Shown here: positions 1 through 14,500 of the stretch, in pieces
Layout of the letters: the number at the start of each line of letters is the position of its first letter
Position numbering within the stretch: position 1 is the stretch's first letter
Assembly: GCF_009914755.1 (NCBI RefSeq)
Contig: NC_060927.1
Direction: 5' to 3' (one strand)
DNA from: the human T2T-CHM13v2.0 reference genome, Homo sapiens
Length of the DNA stretch: 64,000 bases
Translations under genes and position numbers: made by a program
Notes under the pieces: model-generated
Databases searched by the model: none
Seen by the model: only the letters and a program-made list of their open reading frames with translations
What the model was told of the DNA's origin: nothing

Positions 1-191
1 GTATCCTAAAGCAGGGGCTACAACCTAAATTGCCTATAGATTCATATAGGACTGGTATATGGAGTAGGGAATGGTAGAGGCTATGGCAAACTGGAGACTG
101 AGTGCCTGTTCCTCAGTGGAAAGCTGCTATTCACCTTTGACAATCATTTGCCTGATGGAATGAGAGCCTAATGTATCCAAACCTTTTAAAA

Positions 192-370
192 CAGTGTTTC
201 TCAGAGTGTGGTCTTCAGGCCGACAGCATCAGCAGCACCTAGAAACTTGCAATTCTTGTCCCTCCCTGTTCCACCTCCAGAATAAGAAATTCCAAGAGTG
301 AGATCCAGCCTTTTGTGTTGTAACAAGCCTTTCCAGTGATTGTGATGCTTACTCAAATTTGAGAACCACT
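192..370. mobile_element. MER5-type hAT-Charlie MITE
   Basis: Terminal inverted ends cagtgtttctca...tgagaaccact and internal cagcatcagcagcacc...gaaacttg. Confidence 0.7.
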
Positions 371-462
371 TGTTATAGTGGACATTGTGTTGTATCACTC
401 AGACTGCTTTTGAGGACTGATATTTGAGGACTATGTTTGTTTCAAGAAAAGCCCAATATCAA

Positions 463-750
463 GGCCAGGCACAGTGGCTCACACCTGTAATCCCAGTACT
501 TTGGGAGGCTGTGATGGGCAGATCACTTGAGGTCAGTAGTTCACGGCAAGCTTGGCCAAAATGGTGAAACCCTGTCTTTACCAAAAAATACAAAAATTAG
601 CCAGGCACAGTGGTGCACGCCTGTGGTCCCACTTGGGAGGCCGAGATGGGAGAATCACTTGAACCCAGGTGGTGGAGGCTGCACCCCGGCACTCCAGCCT
701 GAGTGACAGAGTGAGACCCTGTCTCAGAAAAAAAAAAAGAAAAAGAAAAA
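463..750 (+). mobile_element. Alu with two small right-arm deletions
   Basis: ggccaggcacagtggctc start and A tail. TSD aagaaaa(g/a)cccaatatcaa at 444-462 and 749-767. Confidence 0.95.
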
Positions 751-780
751 GAAAAACCCAATATCAAGATATATATTTGA

Positions 781-1430
781 TTTTTAGTTTTTTATTATTT
801 ATTTTTAATTGACAAATAAACATTGCATATATTTATGGCATACAACATTTTAAAATTCGTATACATTATGGATTGGCTAAATCAAGCTCATTAACATGTT
901 CATTACCTCACATACCATTTTTTCTATGGCAAGAACTTTGAAAATTTACTCTCAGCAATTTTCAAGAATAGAATACATTATTAGTAACTATACTCACCAT
1001 GTTGTACAATAGCTCTCTTGAACTTATTCCTTCTGTCTGACTGAAATTATTTATTCTTTGACCAACATTCCTCCAACCTCCCTGCTCCCCAGCTAGCTTC
1101 TGGTAATAACAATTCTACTCTCTGTTTCTATGTGTTCAACGTTTTGTGATTCCACATGTGAGTGAGATCATGCACTGCTTGTCTTTCTGTGCCTGGCTTA
1201 TTTCACTTTGCATAATGTCCTCCAGGTTCATCCATGTTGTTGCAAATAACAGTATTTTATTATTTTTATGGCTAGATACTATTCCACTGTGTATATATAT
1301 CACATTTTCTTCATTCATTCATCCACTGATGGACACTTAGTTGATTCCATATCTTGGCTATTGTGACTAGTGCTACAATAAACATGAGAGTGCAGATACG
1401 TCTCTTCAACATTTCATTGCCTTTGGATTT
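781..1430 (-). mobile_element. L1MA-type LINE-1 3' end
   Basis: T-rich reversed tail. The minus-strand ORF reads ILLFATTWMNLEDIMQSEISQAQKDK, the L1 ORF2 C-terminus. Confidence 0.9.
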
Positions 1431-4400
1431 TCAGTTTCATAATATAGGGAAACTATAACAGACACATCCACTTGTCAGTCTCAGTCTGTCCTGTGCACTG
1501 TCACTCTTCAGCCTCCACTCCAGTCTGAACATGCTAACAAAAAGGATGCTTTCCTGGTTTTTTTTTTTTTTAATGACTTCTTCCCTTGCAGGATGCAAAG
1601 TTTACTGACTCCAGATCTAGGCAATATTTCTCAAACTTTCTCACTGATACAGTTCTGAGAGCAGAGGAGAGACAGGGAATGCAGAATTATATGCTGAAGC
1701 CATTCACTGCCAAATACAAGATTTTGTTGAAGCCTTTCCATTTGCCTTTAAAAATCATATAAGTTGTATGTCCTATTTTGTCATATACTCATATTTGGCT
1801 TATTGTCTAAACAATGAGTTAAATTACTTTCAAGTTAAATTCCGTAACTTCCACCCACAATTTCTTAAAGAAAATCTGCACCCTAGAAAAATGCTCAATT
1901 TACCCCCAAAAAATAGAGGCAAGAAAATAAGAAGTTACATGTAAGAGGGGGAAGTTATAAGTCATACTCAAACATATTCACGAGCCATATACCTGACCAG
2001 AAAATGCACCTTTTGCCATCTTGCTTTTCCATACCTCCACTGCCACATCTGAGCGAGTAAATAGCATGTACTAAAAATATCTTGAACAAAGCGAGTAGTC
2101 TCTTAGTTGGAAGGCTTATTTTTAGAAATACCTGGCACAAGGTTGGATGAGATTTAGTACTAGGCCTTATCTAATCCTTGCCTCATATGGGCACCATTTC
2201 ATTTCTCCAAAATCAGTACTGCAAAGACGGTGAAAAGCTTTCACTTTATGTGCCAACACAAATTGATTGGAGGTAATTGCCTGAAACACTGTACTGAGAA
2301 TGATTCTCAGTCTGTGTCTGGCAGAGTCAATTATAAATGTTAGCCATGGGTGTAGGAGTGGCGACTGGTGGTCCAAGTGACAGATATCTGTCATCCCTGC
2401 TCTACTCAGCACTAATAAAAAATGAAAGCAGTGTCTGAACCCTGGATGGTCCTGCTCATTGCTTGGGACCTGTCTAAACCAAGTTCTCTGGACCACAGAA
2501 TATTCCTAATAGGGGTCCTGACAGCTACAGTCATGATTTCAGCAACCTAAGCTGCAAAGGGTCATTACCGTCATTATAGGTTTAAATACAAATTAGTCTG
2601 TCTTCTAATTAATAGAGGTACAATATCTCTCCCATTTCCACACCTTCAGATCTCAACTCATCTAAGACACTGCCCCTCCACTCTTGTTTCCCAAGCATTG
2701 TTCACTGGATGACAGCTCACATATGACTTTATATTTATCATTCTGTGTCTTAGTATAATTAAAATGTCATCCAGAGGCCCCCTCTCTCAGAATCCAAAGT
2801 CTATTGGTCATTCTCTTCTTGAGAGAGCTCTTTCATATGACATGAGTGGTTTTGGTTTCTTCTGAAACCAAACACTCTTGCCTTCTCCTGCTACCTGTTT
2901 ATTGTGCACAATCATCAGTGCTATTTAATTCTTGCAGTTCCTGGTATAATTCTTACTTTCTCAGGGAAATTTTTGGGTTGCTCGCAATTTCTAACATTTT
3001 TCTTTCGCAAAGGTCAGAGAAAGACAAGGTATCAATCCATTTACAAGAAGATAATTTTTGTTGAAAAAAATGCCAAAAGAAACTCTAAGAATTTACATTA
3101 ATATGTTTGGTGATCGGTGTAACTCTTGGTTTAGGCAGGGAAGGTATTCTTTTAATTATCCTATTTTTCAGATGAGAAAACTGAGGAATAGAAATTACTT
3201 TCCTGCTGATTAAGTCCCGAAGCCAAGACTCAATTCATGTCTCTTGACACCAATTCCAGAGATCTTTCCATGGACTTATGCCATTTTTCCCTTTGCTCAG
3301 CACACTGATAACTAATTCCAACCCCTGTCTTTGTAACTGCTCTCCAGCACACCTCTCCATCTCAGCACTGAGCTCAGTGCTTTTGCAAACAACTGATGCT
3401 TTGTAAATATTTGACCAACAAAGGAACCAATGAATACATTCATTTTACCCATTTCATTTGTAGAAATCACTTAAAATACACTTTTCACATCTACTTTCTT
3501 AGAATTATATATCCATTTAAATTCAACCTCACAAACACTGTGTAAAAAACAGGATACATATTGATAAAACTATCTAAAGGTAAGGGGACTCTATCATGCT
3601 GTTAAAATCATTTATTAAAGCCAAAATTTGTTATAATGCAAAGACTACCATTCATGTCTCCTGACTTAACTCTAATATCTTCCTTCTACAAAACACAACG
3701 CAGCTTAAATCAAATAAATAAGAGTGTGTGTGTGTGCACGTGTGTGTTCCAGTTCTTGACCTTGCCAGTAACTACCCTTGTGATTCCTAGCAAGTTACTG
3801 GGTTTCCTTGGATCTTTCTTTCCTTATTTGTCAAATGAGCATGTTGGATTTGATGATCTACATATAGAATGTACGGAATGATGAAAGAGACTGAGACATC
3901 ATGTAATCCCACTCCCCCAATTTATAGATAAGGAAAACTGATTTCTTCTGGCTCCAAAATACATTTTTAAAGGAACATATGGCTTCCTAACAGAATCAGC
4001 TCTTCTGAATACTGGGGCTACCCCACAGTCCCATCCCTGCCACTTGTCAAATGTGTGATCATGATCCACTCATACAGTTTCTCTAGACTTCAGTTTCCTG
4101 ATATGTAAAATTGAAAAAGTTGGACTAAGAGCCCTTTCAGGTTTAAAACTTTGAGGTTAAGAAAGGCATCTTTGAAAACTGACATCTTTGCCACTACTGG
4201 GATATGACTCAGAACATAACGAAGCATAATATAGCTCTAGAAATAAATTGGTGTCAAGAACAATTAAAGAGCAACCATCCAGAGAATTCTGATTGATCAT
4301 TTGTGTAATCTGTTCAATGAGTACCTGGATTTGAAAATTGCTTGATTGGTGTCTTCTTTTAAAAATAAGAGCCATACATCATTTGTTGTTGGCTTAGAGA

Positions 4401-6328
4401 TACAGAAAAAAGAACCAATTAAGTGAGCTTCAGAGTTAATTTCCAATAGATTTGGATGCTGCAAACCAAAAAAACCATTGCTAGGCCTTTCTTCTTTAAT
4501 GAGTATCACAATACAACTAGCCTCAGTATTTTTCAGTTGAGCCCCAGAAGTTTCACAATCTATTTAATATGTTGCATTCCAAGTATCTGTTTACTCAGTT
4601 GTTAAAAATTGCCAATGGGACAGAAACTGTCTGTCACTTCCAGAGCAATTAGTGTGTGAAAACTTATCAAAAGAAATCTGTCAAGTTTGAGTAAGTATAA
4701 ATATTGCATGAAAGTCCCTAAGGAAATCAAACTGAGTAGGATACACTTTTGCGAGTTGCAGCACAGAAAAGTTTATTTTGTTTTATTTACTTGGCTTTAT
4801 TTTTCAGAATGTTGATAGTGCTTCATGTAACCCAATGGATTAATGTTTTGCTCTGATAAAAACAGATTTTGGTTCTTAAGGGAAATCTCAATTGTATATT
4901 GAGCGATATAAAAATACCAGATCTTGGTTTCAAATATGAAGAGCTCTTACTTTGTCCTAGATGGGACACTGGAATGAGAGTTAAGCTAGAACGAGTAGGT
5001 TATAGTCCGCCTCACCCCTTTTTGGTGCTCCAGCCTAACCCTTTCTAGACCTCAGAATTTTCTTATCTTTAAAATGAAGAAATAGGACAAGCGATTTGTT
5101 GGGTATGTTTTAGTTGTACTACACTTTTTGCCTGCTTTGATGTCTACATTCTCATTACATTATATTCCTCCTGCTCCTTCCTGATTGCCCTGAAGAGATA
5201 AACAAATAAAAATACAATATTCCAGGTGGTGATATTTGATCGTGAAAAAAACTAAGTTAATATCTTGGTGAGAGATTTCCCCTGTTTTAGGAGCTTAGTG
5301 CTTAGGCCAACATGTTCTCACCAGTACACCAGCCAAGACTTTTCTGCTGACCTTCCCACTTCAGGACTCCACAGTATTTACAAATGTCAGATGTTGAACC
5401 ATGTTGGTTAGGTTCCTTAGCATCTTCTGTTTGAGGCTCTTCTTGGCATCTATGGTTTCTTCTTTTTTTTTTTTTTTTTTTCAGCATAAGAAATGGTTAC
5501 GCTGTTATATTGTTATTACAATTGGGGAAACATTACAACTTTAATTCAATATTTGTTGTTGTTTTCTGTTGTTCTATTTAATATTAATGATTTTGTAGAA
5601 ACTGAAGTAATACAGTTAATAATCCGTATATTTTACTTATTGTTTTTTGAATTGAACTAATTGGTACAGCGTTTCCCAAACTAGGTTTTTTGAGCTGTGG
5701 GGGTTAGATGGTTGTGGTGGTGGTAATTCCATGAGCAAATAAGTTTGGATGCTTAAACACTCTCTAAGGAGTTTCAAGGACATTGGCATGACAAAATCTC
5801 TTGCCAGTCCTGAAAGAAAAAAGTTGAAACTCTGTTTTACTTTGTTTAATCCAGTACTTCTCAAAGTAATTTGATCATGTAACCCTTTGAGTTTTAGGGA
5901 GGTGGGGGTAGAAAACAAAGAATTAATCATCAAAGACCACTGTTTAGGAAATGCTGCAGGAGGCACTTCCGGTTGTTTGCATCTCTCACTAAGTTACTTT
6001 AGTCACAAAAGCAGTGAAACCAAAGGAATCAACCTATTTTTAATTAGATCAAATAGCATGTTAATTGAATTTTCAAAAAAGTTTTTACTTCTATAATGAT
6101 TAACCTGTTGAAGTGCAACACCAATAATAACTAACATCTGTACAGCCCTTTAGAGAATTCAAAGTGCTTTCACATAATCGGTTGCTCACCACTTACCTGC
6201 ATCACATTTAAAATTGTCCTCATTTTATGGACCAAGAAGCTGAACATGAAGTTTAAATGGCTTCCCTAATATAACGCAGATTTGAACTTTAGTCTTACTT
6301 TGTTGTTGTTGTTGTTCCTCTCCAATTA

Positions 6329-6853
<525 letters not shown>

Positions 6854-8782
6854 TTACATTCTAACTTCCATCATGTGACTTTGGAGGTGCTAATTTATAC
6901 TTAAAACTCTCATAAATAATTAGGGGATAGGTAATCTTCTCATTTTGCATAGGAGAAAGCTTAGGTGCTGATAGATTGCTAGGTTTGCTTGAAACTCACC
7001 TATTGAGTATGTAAGGACTGCATTGCGATGCTGTTTGTTGAAAGCCTGCCATACGGGATAGTACTTCTTCACAATGTATTATAGGGGCTTTTCCTCCCCC
7101 AGATTTTAGTTTCTTGAGGAAGCTTTCTGGAAAGCACTTGTATATTTACACTGAGTATCCTCTTGACACCAGCATGGGGTTACTTGTAATGACATGCACA
7201 TGCGTAAATAAAATGATTAGCCATTCTCATATAAACATAATTATATCTTTCTAAAATAATACATGTGGAAATGTTATAATCCAGTGATAAAGGGAAAGCA
7301 ATGTGCATGACCCCTCCTTTGTGCGTAAACAGTGGATTTAAGGCAGAATATGTTTCCTGTTGCACATTCAGTTGTTAAGGTCAAGTACAATTGGGACACA
7401 TTGAAGGATTACAGTACAAAAAATGCCTTTTACAGTAATTAGCATTCTCTCTACAAAACTGAAGTGACCTTTCTGCTATTTTCCAAGGACACTTTATACA
7501 TTTAGACTTTAGCTCAGGATCATATGAAAAAGTGACATATAAGAACTCAGTCAACTAGTTCTGAAACCAGAGGCCCCATTGCATTTAGTTGTTCCCTTAC
7601 CCTCCCCTCAACAAAGTAATTTTTGAAGATAAAGTGGGACATGTTGGCTACTCAGTGCCAGTAGCTAGTATATCACTTCTCCAGCTTTGGACAAATCTGG
7701 AAATTACACTTTAAAGAGAGGAATCGTGGAATGCCTGGAGCTGAAGCAGTTTGATTTCCTTGGAGCACAATAGTTCACTGCAGCAAATCATTTATACTCA
7801 CTGTCATTTAGTGGTCTTCTCTGAAATGGAAAGCATGGGCTCATGTGGTCCTTCATAAAACATTTACCTAATTCTTATAAAAGTTAGAACTTTCAAAGGA
7901 ACATTTTTGATACAACTGCCTATGAAATTCATCCCACTGGTCTTATGGGATAAGGGTGTGTGAAAATGTTGCTGTTTTATCACTATCTCATATCCACTCC
8001 CTCGTGGATCTAATTTTTTTTAATATGGATGTATATTTGTGGAATCAGTCAACTAGTCAGTCAGTGTATACTTAATGAGTGTTTGCCACAGTATTAAACT
8101 GCTCTCTTACTAAAATGATGGAAAAGTATTCAACCTCACAAGTGAGAAGAAAAAATTTGAGTTGATAGTAGGAGGCATTGGGAGAAGACTGCATTGACAC
8201 TCAGGAATTATTCTGTTTCTAACTAGAGCTAAGAATTTGAATAAGTTACTCTGTTCCTAGGTGCCCGTTTCTCAGTTAATGGAAATAAAACTATCAAATA
8301 TATTGGAAAGCATAAAGTGCTATGCAAGTATGGGGCATTATGATGTAATATAATGATTATTATCTATAAAACAAAAGAAATGATCTAAATAGTTTCCAGG
8401 GTGGCTTCCAGCATTACTATATCAAGATTATAGGCACCCTGGGTCTGTAATTTGAGCATTACTCAATACATGTTACATAGTGCCTGACACCTGATTAGCA
8501 AACTATAAATGCTTAGCCCTTGACTTAAAGAGGTTGGACATCGCTTAATCAGCTATCAGTGTATCTTTTACTTCTCTGGAAATAAAACCTTATTGACTGA
8601 TAGTAGAAAGGCTGGTAAAATGCCACGGGGGACTGTGATTACTTCCTATCTGTATTTAGTGGGCTGAAAAAGAGTCATTGGGCAACAATGTATACATTTT
8701 TAACCTGATCATTTCTTTCATGAAAACAGTAGAGTTCCAGTGCCAAAAGACATATTTGTAATGAAGATTTTTTTCCTTTCAG

Positions 8783-8980
8783 AGCTGAGTTATGCCTGGA
8801 TCTTCAATGAATACCCTTCCTATCAGGATAATCGCCGCTTTGTTTCTCAAGAGACTGGGAATCTGTATATTGCCAAAGTAGAAAAATCAGATGTTGGGAA
8901 TTATACCTGTGTGGTTACCAATACCGTGACAAACCACAAGGTCCTGGGGCCACCTACACCACTAATATTGAGAAATGATG
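8783..8980 (+). CDS. CNTN4: Contactin-4 coding exon, Ig2 (198 nt, phase 1-1)
   Basis: ttttcctttcAG acceptor (8781-82) and G|GTGAGT donor (8981). Translates (E)[65 protein letters not shown](G), with the Ig DxGxYxC motif. Matches human CNTN4 as I recall it. Confidence 0.97.
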
Positions 8981-9589
8981 GTGAGTTTTCAAGTAATTTT
9001 GTTAATTTTGTTTCTGCAATCACAGGATGAATGTGGAGGTGTGTTATGTTGTTGGCACATGAAGCTTTGTTGTCTAAATTAAATGTAAGAAAAGTTTACT
9101 GCAGCCTATATTTGGTACCCATATTTTCTCCACTTGTGTAAGAGATAAACCCATGAATCCATTTTGGAAAACTAATTAGAAATCTAATTGCTAATCTCAA
9201 CAGGAATAGAATGAGGATTTAGGTGAATATAAATAACAAAGGAAGGTATTTCTTGTTTCTCTCCCACTTAAACTGTATACACAGTCAGAATGAAGTGAAA
9301 GGTTGAACAATTAGCTCATTAATCAATTCTGTGTAATTTAGTATTCTGTGTCCAATTATCCAAATAACTTCTGGATGTACAGTACTGAACGCATAGTTCC
9401 CACCACAGTGAAATGTAGACATAACAAGGCTTGTTTGAGACAGAAATTTTAATTCCCCACACTATTAGAATATTTCAAGAAAATATATGAAATTCATATA
9501 TTCTTAATTACCTAAATGACTTAACAATGTGTAGTAAAAATCACTGTGTACTTTGTAAAGACGGCCGTGTATGCCAGACTCTAGGAGTA

Positions 9590-9990
9590 CCATGCCCTTT
9601 CCCACCACGGGTTTTTATATATGCTGTTCCCTCTTCTTGAAATGCTCCTCCTTTCCTTAGTCCCATCCTCTCAGCTTCTCCCTTGGATAAACTGATACTG
9701 GTTCTTCCAGTTTCTTCAAAGATGTCACTGTTTCCAGGAAGCCATCTCTGCTTGCTCACCCTGCCACCCAACCATGCTGCGTCAGGTACCTACTGTATCG
9801 AGTCTACGACCATACCCCAAAAGATCTCATAATTCTGCATCACAGTTGTCTGTGTTCTTCACTGTCTGTCTTACTAGCAATTTGCCTTTTTAAAGCATAT
9901 GTAGTACCTTATTCACAGCCATCTCTGCTGCACCTGGTTTCGCAACTGGTACATCGAAGATTCTCAATAAATATTTGTTGAATAAATTCA
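9590..9990 (+). mobile_element. L2 3' fragment
   Basis: Ends in ctcaataaatatttgttgaataaat, the L2 terminus. Confidence 0.6.
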
Positions 9991-10672
9991 AACAAAGACA
10001 TAATTAAGCCCTTCAACAAGGGCTGATATCATGATTTAAGCAGTCGTTGTAGACATGTTCAGGTTTCTATTCTTTTTAAATCCTTTTACTGTCTAGTACA
10101 CATTCAGATCTTCTATTATGAACAGGAATGACGAGACCCATCACACAAGTGAGGATACCATCAGCCAAAAACATTAATAGGAAACATCTACTTGACACTT
10201 AATATGTGCCTAGTCACTGTGCACAGAACTATATGTGAATTATCTCATTTAAATCTCAATCAATTATATGATAAACATTTTCTTTTGCAGACGGGGAAAC
10301 TGGGGCTCAGCCACATTTGTTAAAAATTAATGGCTCCAAGATTTCCACCCAGCACCCATGTCTTACTGACTCCAGAGCCTGATATCTTAAACCCTCACAG
10401 TGCTTCGTTGCATTATACTGTAACACCTCTTATGTGAATTTATACAAGAAAAACTTGACAAATGCAAGACGGGAACTCAGATTTCTATTCCCCAAGTTTG
10501 TTACTCTTTCCCTGTGTTTTGTCAGTGAACTTTGTGCCCAAGTGATGCTCTGAACCTGAACCTTCCAGAACAAAGTATTTTATATACTAAGCAGCTCTGA
10601 AGAGAGGGTCTGAGCATCCTTTCTACATAGACTACACTGTGGAATTTTTGAGCAAATAATTTAGATTTTAAC

Positions 10673-11580
10673 CATTCATTTATTCATCCATTTAACATAC
10701 ATTTATTTAGAACTTCCTGTGTGACAGCCACTATGCTGAGTGCTGGTGAACAGGAGGCTCTTGCATTCTCCTGGGGGATGCAGACACAAAGAAACAAGCA
10801 AACATAAACAAAACCAAAATCCTATTATTTTAGATACCAGTAAACCAGTATGATAAAATAGCAGCTCTGTGGTGGGTTTGGGGGGTGGTGGGTGTCTACT
10901 TTAGACAGCCATGGAAAGCCTTTCTAAGGAGGGGACATTTGAGCTGAGATCTGAATAGCAAGAAACCGGCCCTCTTAAGATCAGAGGGCAGAGCTTTCCA
11001 GGCTGAGTTAACATCATATGCAAAAGCCCTGAGGCCTGAAAAAAAGCACTCAGCATGTTCAGAAAACACGAAGAACAGTTGAGCGTGGTTGAAGCATAGT
11101 GAGCAGGTAGGAGGGTGGATAGAATTAAGGTTAAAAGAGAGTTTTAATCTTAATTAGAAATAGGAGAAATTAGCAGATTTTACTTCGAGTGCAGCGAGAA
11201 GCCGTTAGCGAATTGTATGCAAAAGAGTGATTTATGTTTTTAAGAAGATTGCTTAGCTGCTATGTGGAAAACGGACTTTCAGAAAACAATAGTGAAAACT
11301 GGAAATCCAATCAGAATACTACTGCAGTTAATTCAGTTGGGAAATGATGGGGGGTGAAACTAGGGGGTAACAGCAGAGAAGGAGAGAAATGGATTCAGGA
11401 TATAGTTTGCTGGTAAAGCTGCGAGAACCTGATCATTCCTTAAATGTGGGAGACAGTGGAAGAGAAAATCAAGGATGACACATAGGTTTCTGGCATAGCA
11501 GCTGAGTGTATGGGAATGCCCTTTACTGAAATGGTTTTACTGCACAGGTTAGCAAAGGAAAAATCAAGAATACTATTTTA
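10673..11580 (-). mobile_element. L2 3' portion
   Basis: Reversed L2 tail (cattcatttattcatccatttaac...) and internal gacatttgagctgagatctgaa. Confidence 0.75.
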
Positions 11581-14500
11581 AACATTATTTGTAAAACCAA
11601 ATACATAACTTCTCCCTTGGCAACAGGAGGAATTATTTGTTTTGTGCTTTTTTGGCCATCTTTCTATAATAACATTCATCTGGTATATTCATATTTGTCC
11701 GCTTGCCTTCCCCACCTTGCTCACATTATGATCAAGGAAAGATCAGCGTTTTCATCCGACTTTGTACTGCGCTCCAGCACGGTGCTTGCCACATTTCAAA
11801 TGTTAAATTAATATGTTGGATTAAGCTACATTATATTCAATAAAACTGAAAATTCTTATCAGCTTAAAGAGAAAAGTAAGTAAGGTACTAGCTCTGTCAA
11901 AAGCTATCAGTGCTATCTCTCCAGACTGACAGATGAAGAAAGTTTCAAAAGATATGCTCCAGTGGCATTTTGTAAGAAATCTCTTAAAAATACAGCCCCT
12001 GTGGCTTCTACCCAAATGCACTTAGGCCAGAATATCTGTTCAGTGGTATTATCTGTTTTGGTCTATCAAGTCATGGATGTAATTACATATTGACTTTGAT
12101 ATACTGTGACATAGCCAGGGACAGACGTCACACAGAACTGCCTCTTCAAAAAACAAGAAACAAACATTCAGGAACACAAGCACTCCAGAATCATCATGTA
12201 CACTTCAAACTGGCAACAACTCTGCCTTTTCCCTGGCTTTTAGATTTATCTTGATTTGTCTGGTATATCTTCATAGAGATGACAAATGTTTTGTATTAAA
12301 ATATTTTATCACAAAGTTAGCAGACTAAAGATCTCATTCTTCAGCCATTAATGCCCACTCATTCTTAATTTCCATGAGTGTTGCATGGTGAAAATTCATG
12401 TCTTTTCCATTTACACTGGAGTATATAAAATGGACACTCAAACTGTGTTACTAAGCACAAAATAGGTTATTAAATTAGCTGTTTTCTGAAGATGAGAGAA
12501 AAGGGGAAATACAAATCAAGAAGAGATTGCAAAATAAAGAGGACATTCTTGTTAAAATCTATTCTGTGACAGTAAAATCAATGAAATTCTCTCTCCTCAA
12601 GATCTGGGATTTGGTGACTGTATATTAGACTGGTAAGTGCAAGGTGAGTATAGAATTTGTACAATCATTTTGATGATTGAAGCACACTCAAAATTTCACA
12701 TCCTCTGTCTGCCTCAGAAAAGGGAAAAAAAGCAAGGCAAAGGAGTTTGAAGCCTGAGCTGAACTAATTGCTAGACTTGTCATTTACTTTGCTAAGAGCA
12801 CATGTAGCTGGCAGAACTGTATTTCCCCAATATTCAGCTTGTTTCTTGGGCATTTCAGCTAAGCAGTCTGGACTATGATTTCTTATTTGTACCCAAAAGG
12901 CCACAGTGAGTCATAAAAGTTGAACAGTGAACCTTGGCTCAGTTCCTAATACAAATGAGGTGTGATGAGTCTCATGTCTGTTCACTGACCATTTACCACT
13001 CACCCGAGTCCTGCAAAACCCTGGGGCTCCCTGTTCCCTTTTCCCTAGCTCTTCACATGGCTCACTCCTTCCTACATCTCAGATGATGTCTCCTATGTGG
13101 GGCCAGGAGGTAAGGACACAAGCCATGAGGATCCCGAAGCCAAGCAGTCCAGGCAGAGTTCAGCCCCACCATTTATTAGCCACGTGGCTTTGAATGTGTC
13201 AGTTTAACCTCATTGTACTTAGTTTTCTCATCAGTAAGATAAGGGTAACAACATCTACCTCAGATAGTTATTTTATGTGTCATAATTGAAAGTACTTTGA
13301 ACAGTGACAAAACAGAAGTATATCATCAATAACTTTCTTACCTAAAATATGCTCAACAAATTACATTTTTAAAAGACAGATTACTATAGTGTATAGATCA
13401 TATTATTCTTCTTTTTTAAAATAGTGGATAATGACAGGGAAAAGTGGAATAATACTCTCCAAAGTGACTAACGATGTTAAACTCTAAAGGGTTTAACTTT
13501 TAGTGGTAAATTTTGATTTATTTTTTTCTTTTTGCTTGTCATTATTTTTCTCACTTTTCTAAAACATAGAGTTTTCAAATTTTTAGAACATTGTTTGATA
13601 AAGATTATTGGACCTAATAGGCACTTAGAGATCATGCAATTTTATATCTTTATTTTTTGAGAAACAAGGGAACTGAAGATCAGAGAATTCGGATAAGAAA
13701 AATGGCATCAGGACAGATTCCTGGTCCCTGATCATCATATTATTTCGCTGAGGTTCAGAAAAGGCTGTTTGGGCTCTAGATTTAGACATTTGCTTCGTTT
13801 CTTTTGCTTTATAATTTTTGATAATTTTATAGTGAGAATTATTTCAAATAACTATATTACTTTGCAGTATTCACTTCTGGGACACATAAAAATATGAGTT
13901 GGTAGATATATGTGAGAACAAATTTTATCAGAGTTTATAGTTATTTATCCAGATATTTTTAAATCTGCTTTGAGAAGATAACTGATTTGGGAAAGTACAC
14001 CTGTTGCTTAGGAACCATGAGAGGGAAAAAGTATAATTGGGAAGAATACATCATGGTTATTATTAGTACAGGTACTAAAGTAGTCCATTGATCCTTATTA
14101 GCCCAGCTGTTGGTTATAAATAGTGGTGAGCCTGCCCTGTTATATGCTTCCTGCACAGATCTCAGAGTTATCCCTAAATTTCCATAAACAAAGGTAACAG
14201 ACCACTCATATAGCATAACTACTAAAGAAATAGTAGCCTTCGATGATAATCATATTGGCTCTTCTGTCTTTAGCCACTTACATGGCTCTCTCTAAAATGG
14301 CTTAAGATGAAAAGAATTAGCAGAGATTAGGACAGTCTTGAGAAGATGAGATAATGTCTGTTACACTGTTTATGCACATTACATTACACACACAGGGAAA
14401 TCATTTAGCATGAAAATTCATTGTTTAGCCTTTGCCTTTTTTTCTGTTTTCCTGGAGACTGGTTGGGGACTGGTTTGGAAGGTTTGGAAGGTTTTTTTTT

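Noticed and set aside
8740-9030. Stand-alone ORFs 8740-9030 and 44845-45048
   Set aside because: They are CNTN4 exons read through into flanking intron. The true limits are set by the splice sites.
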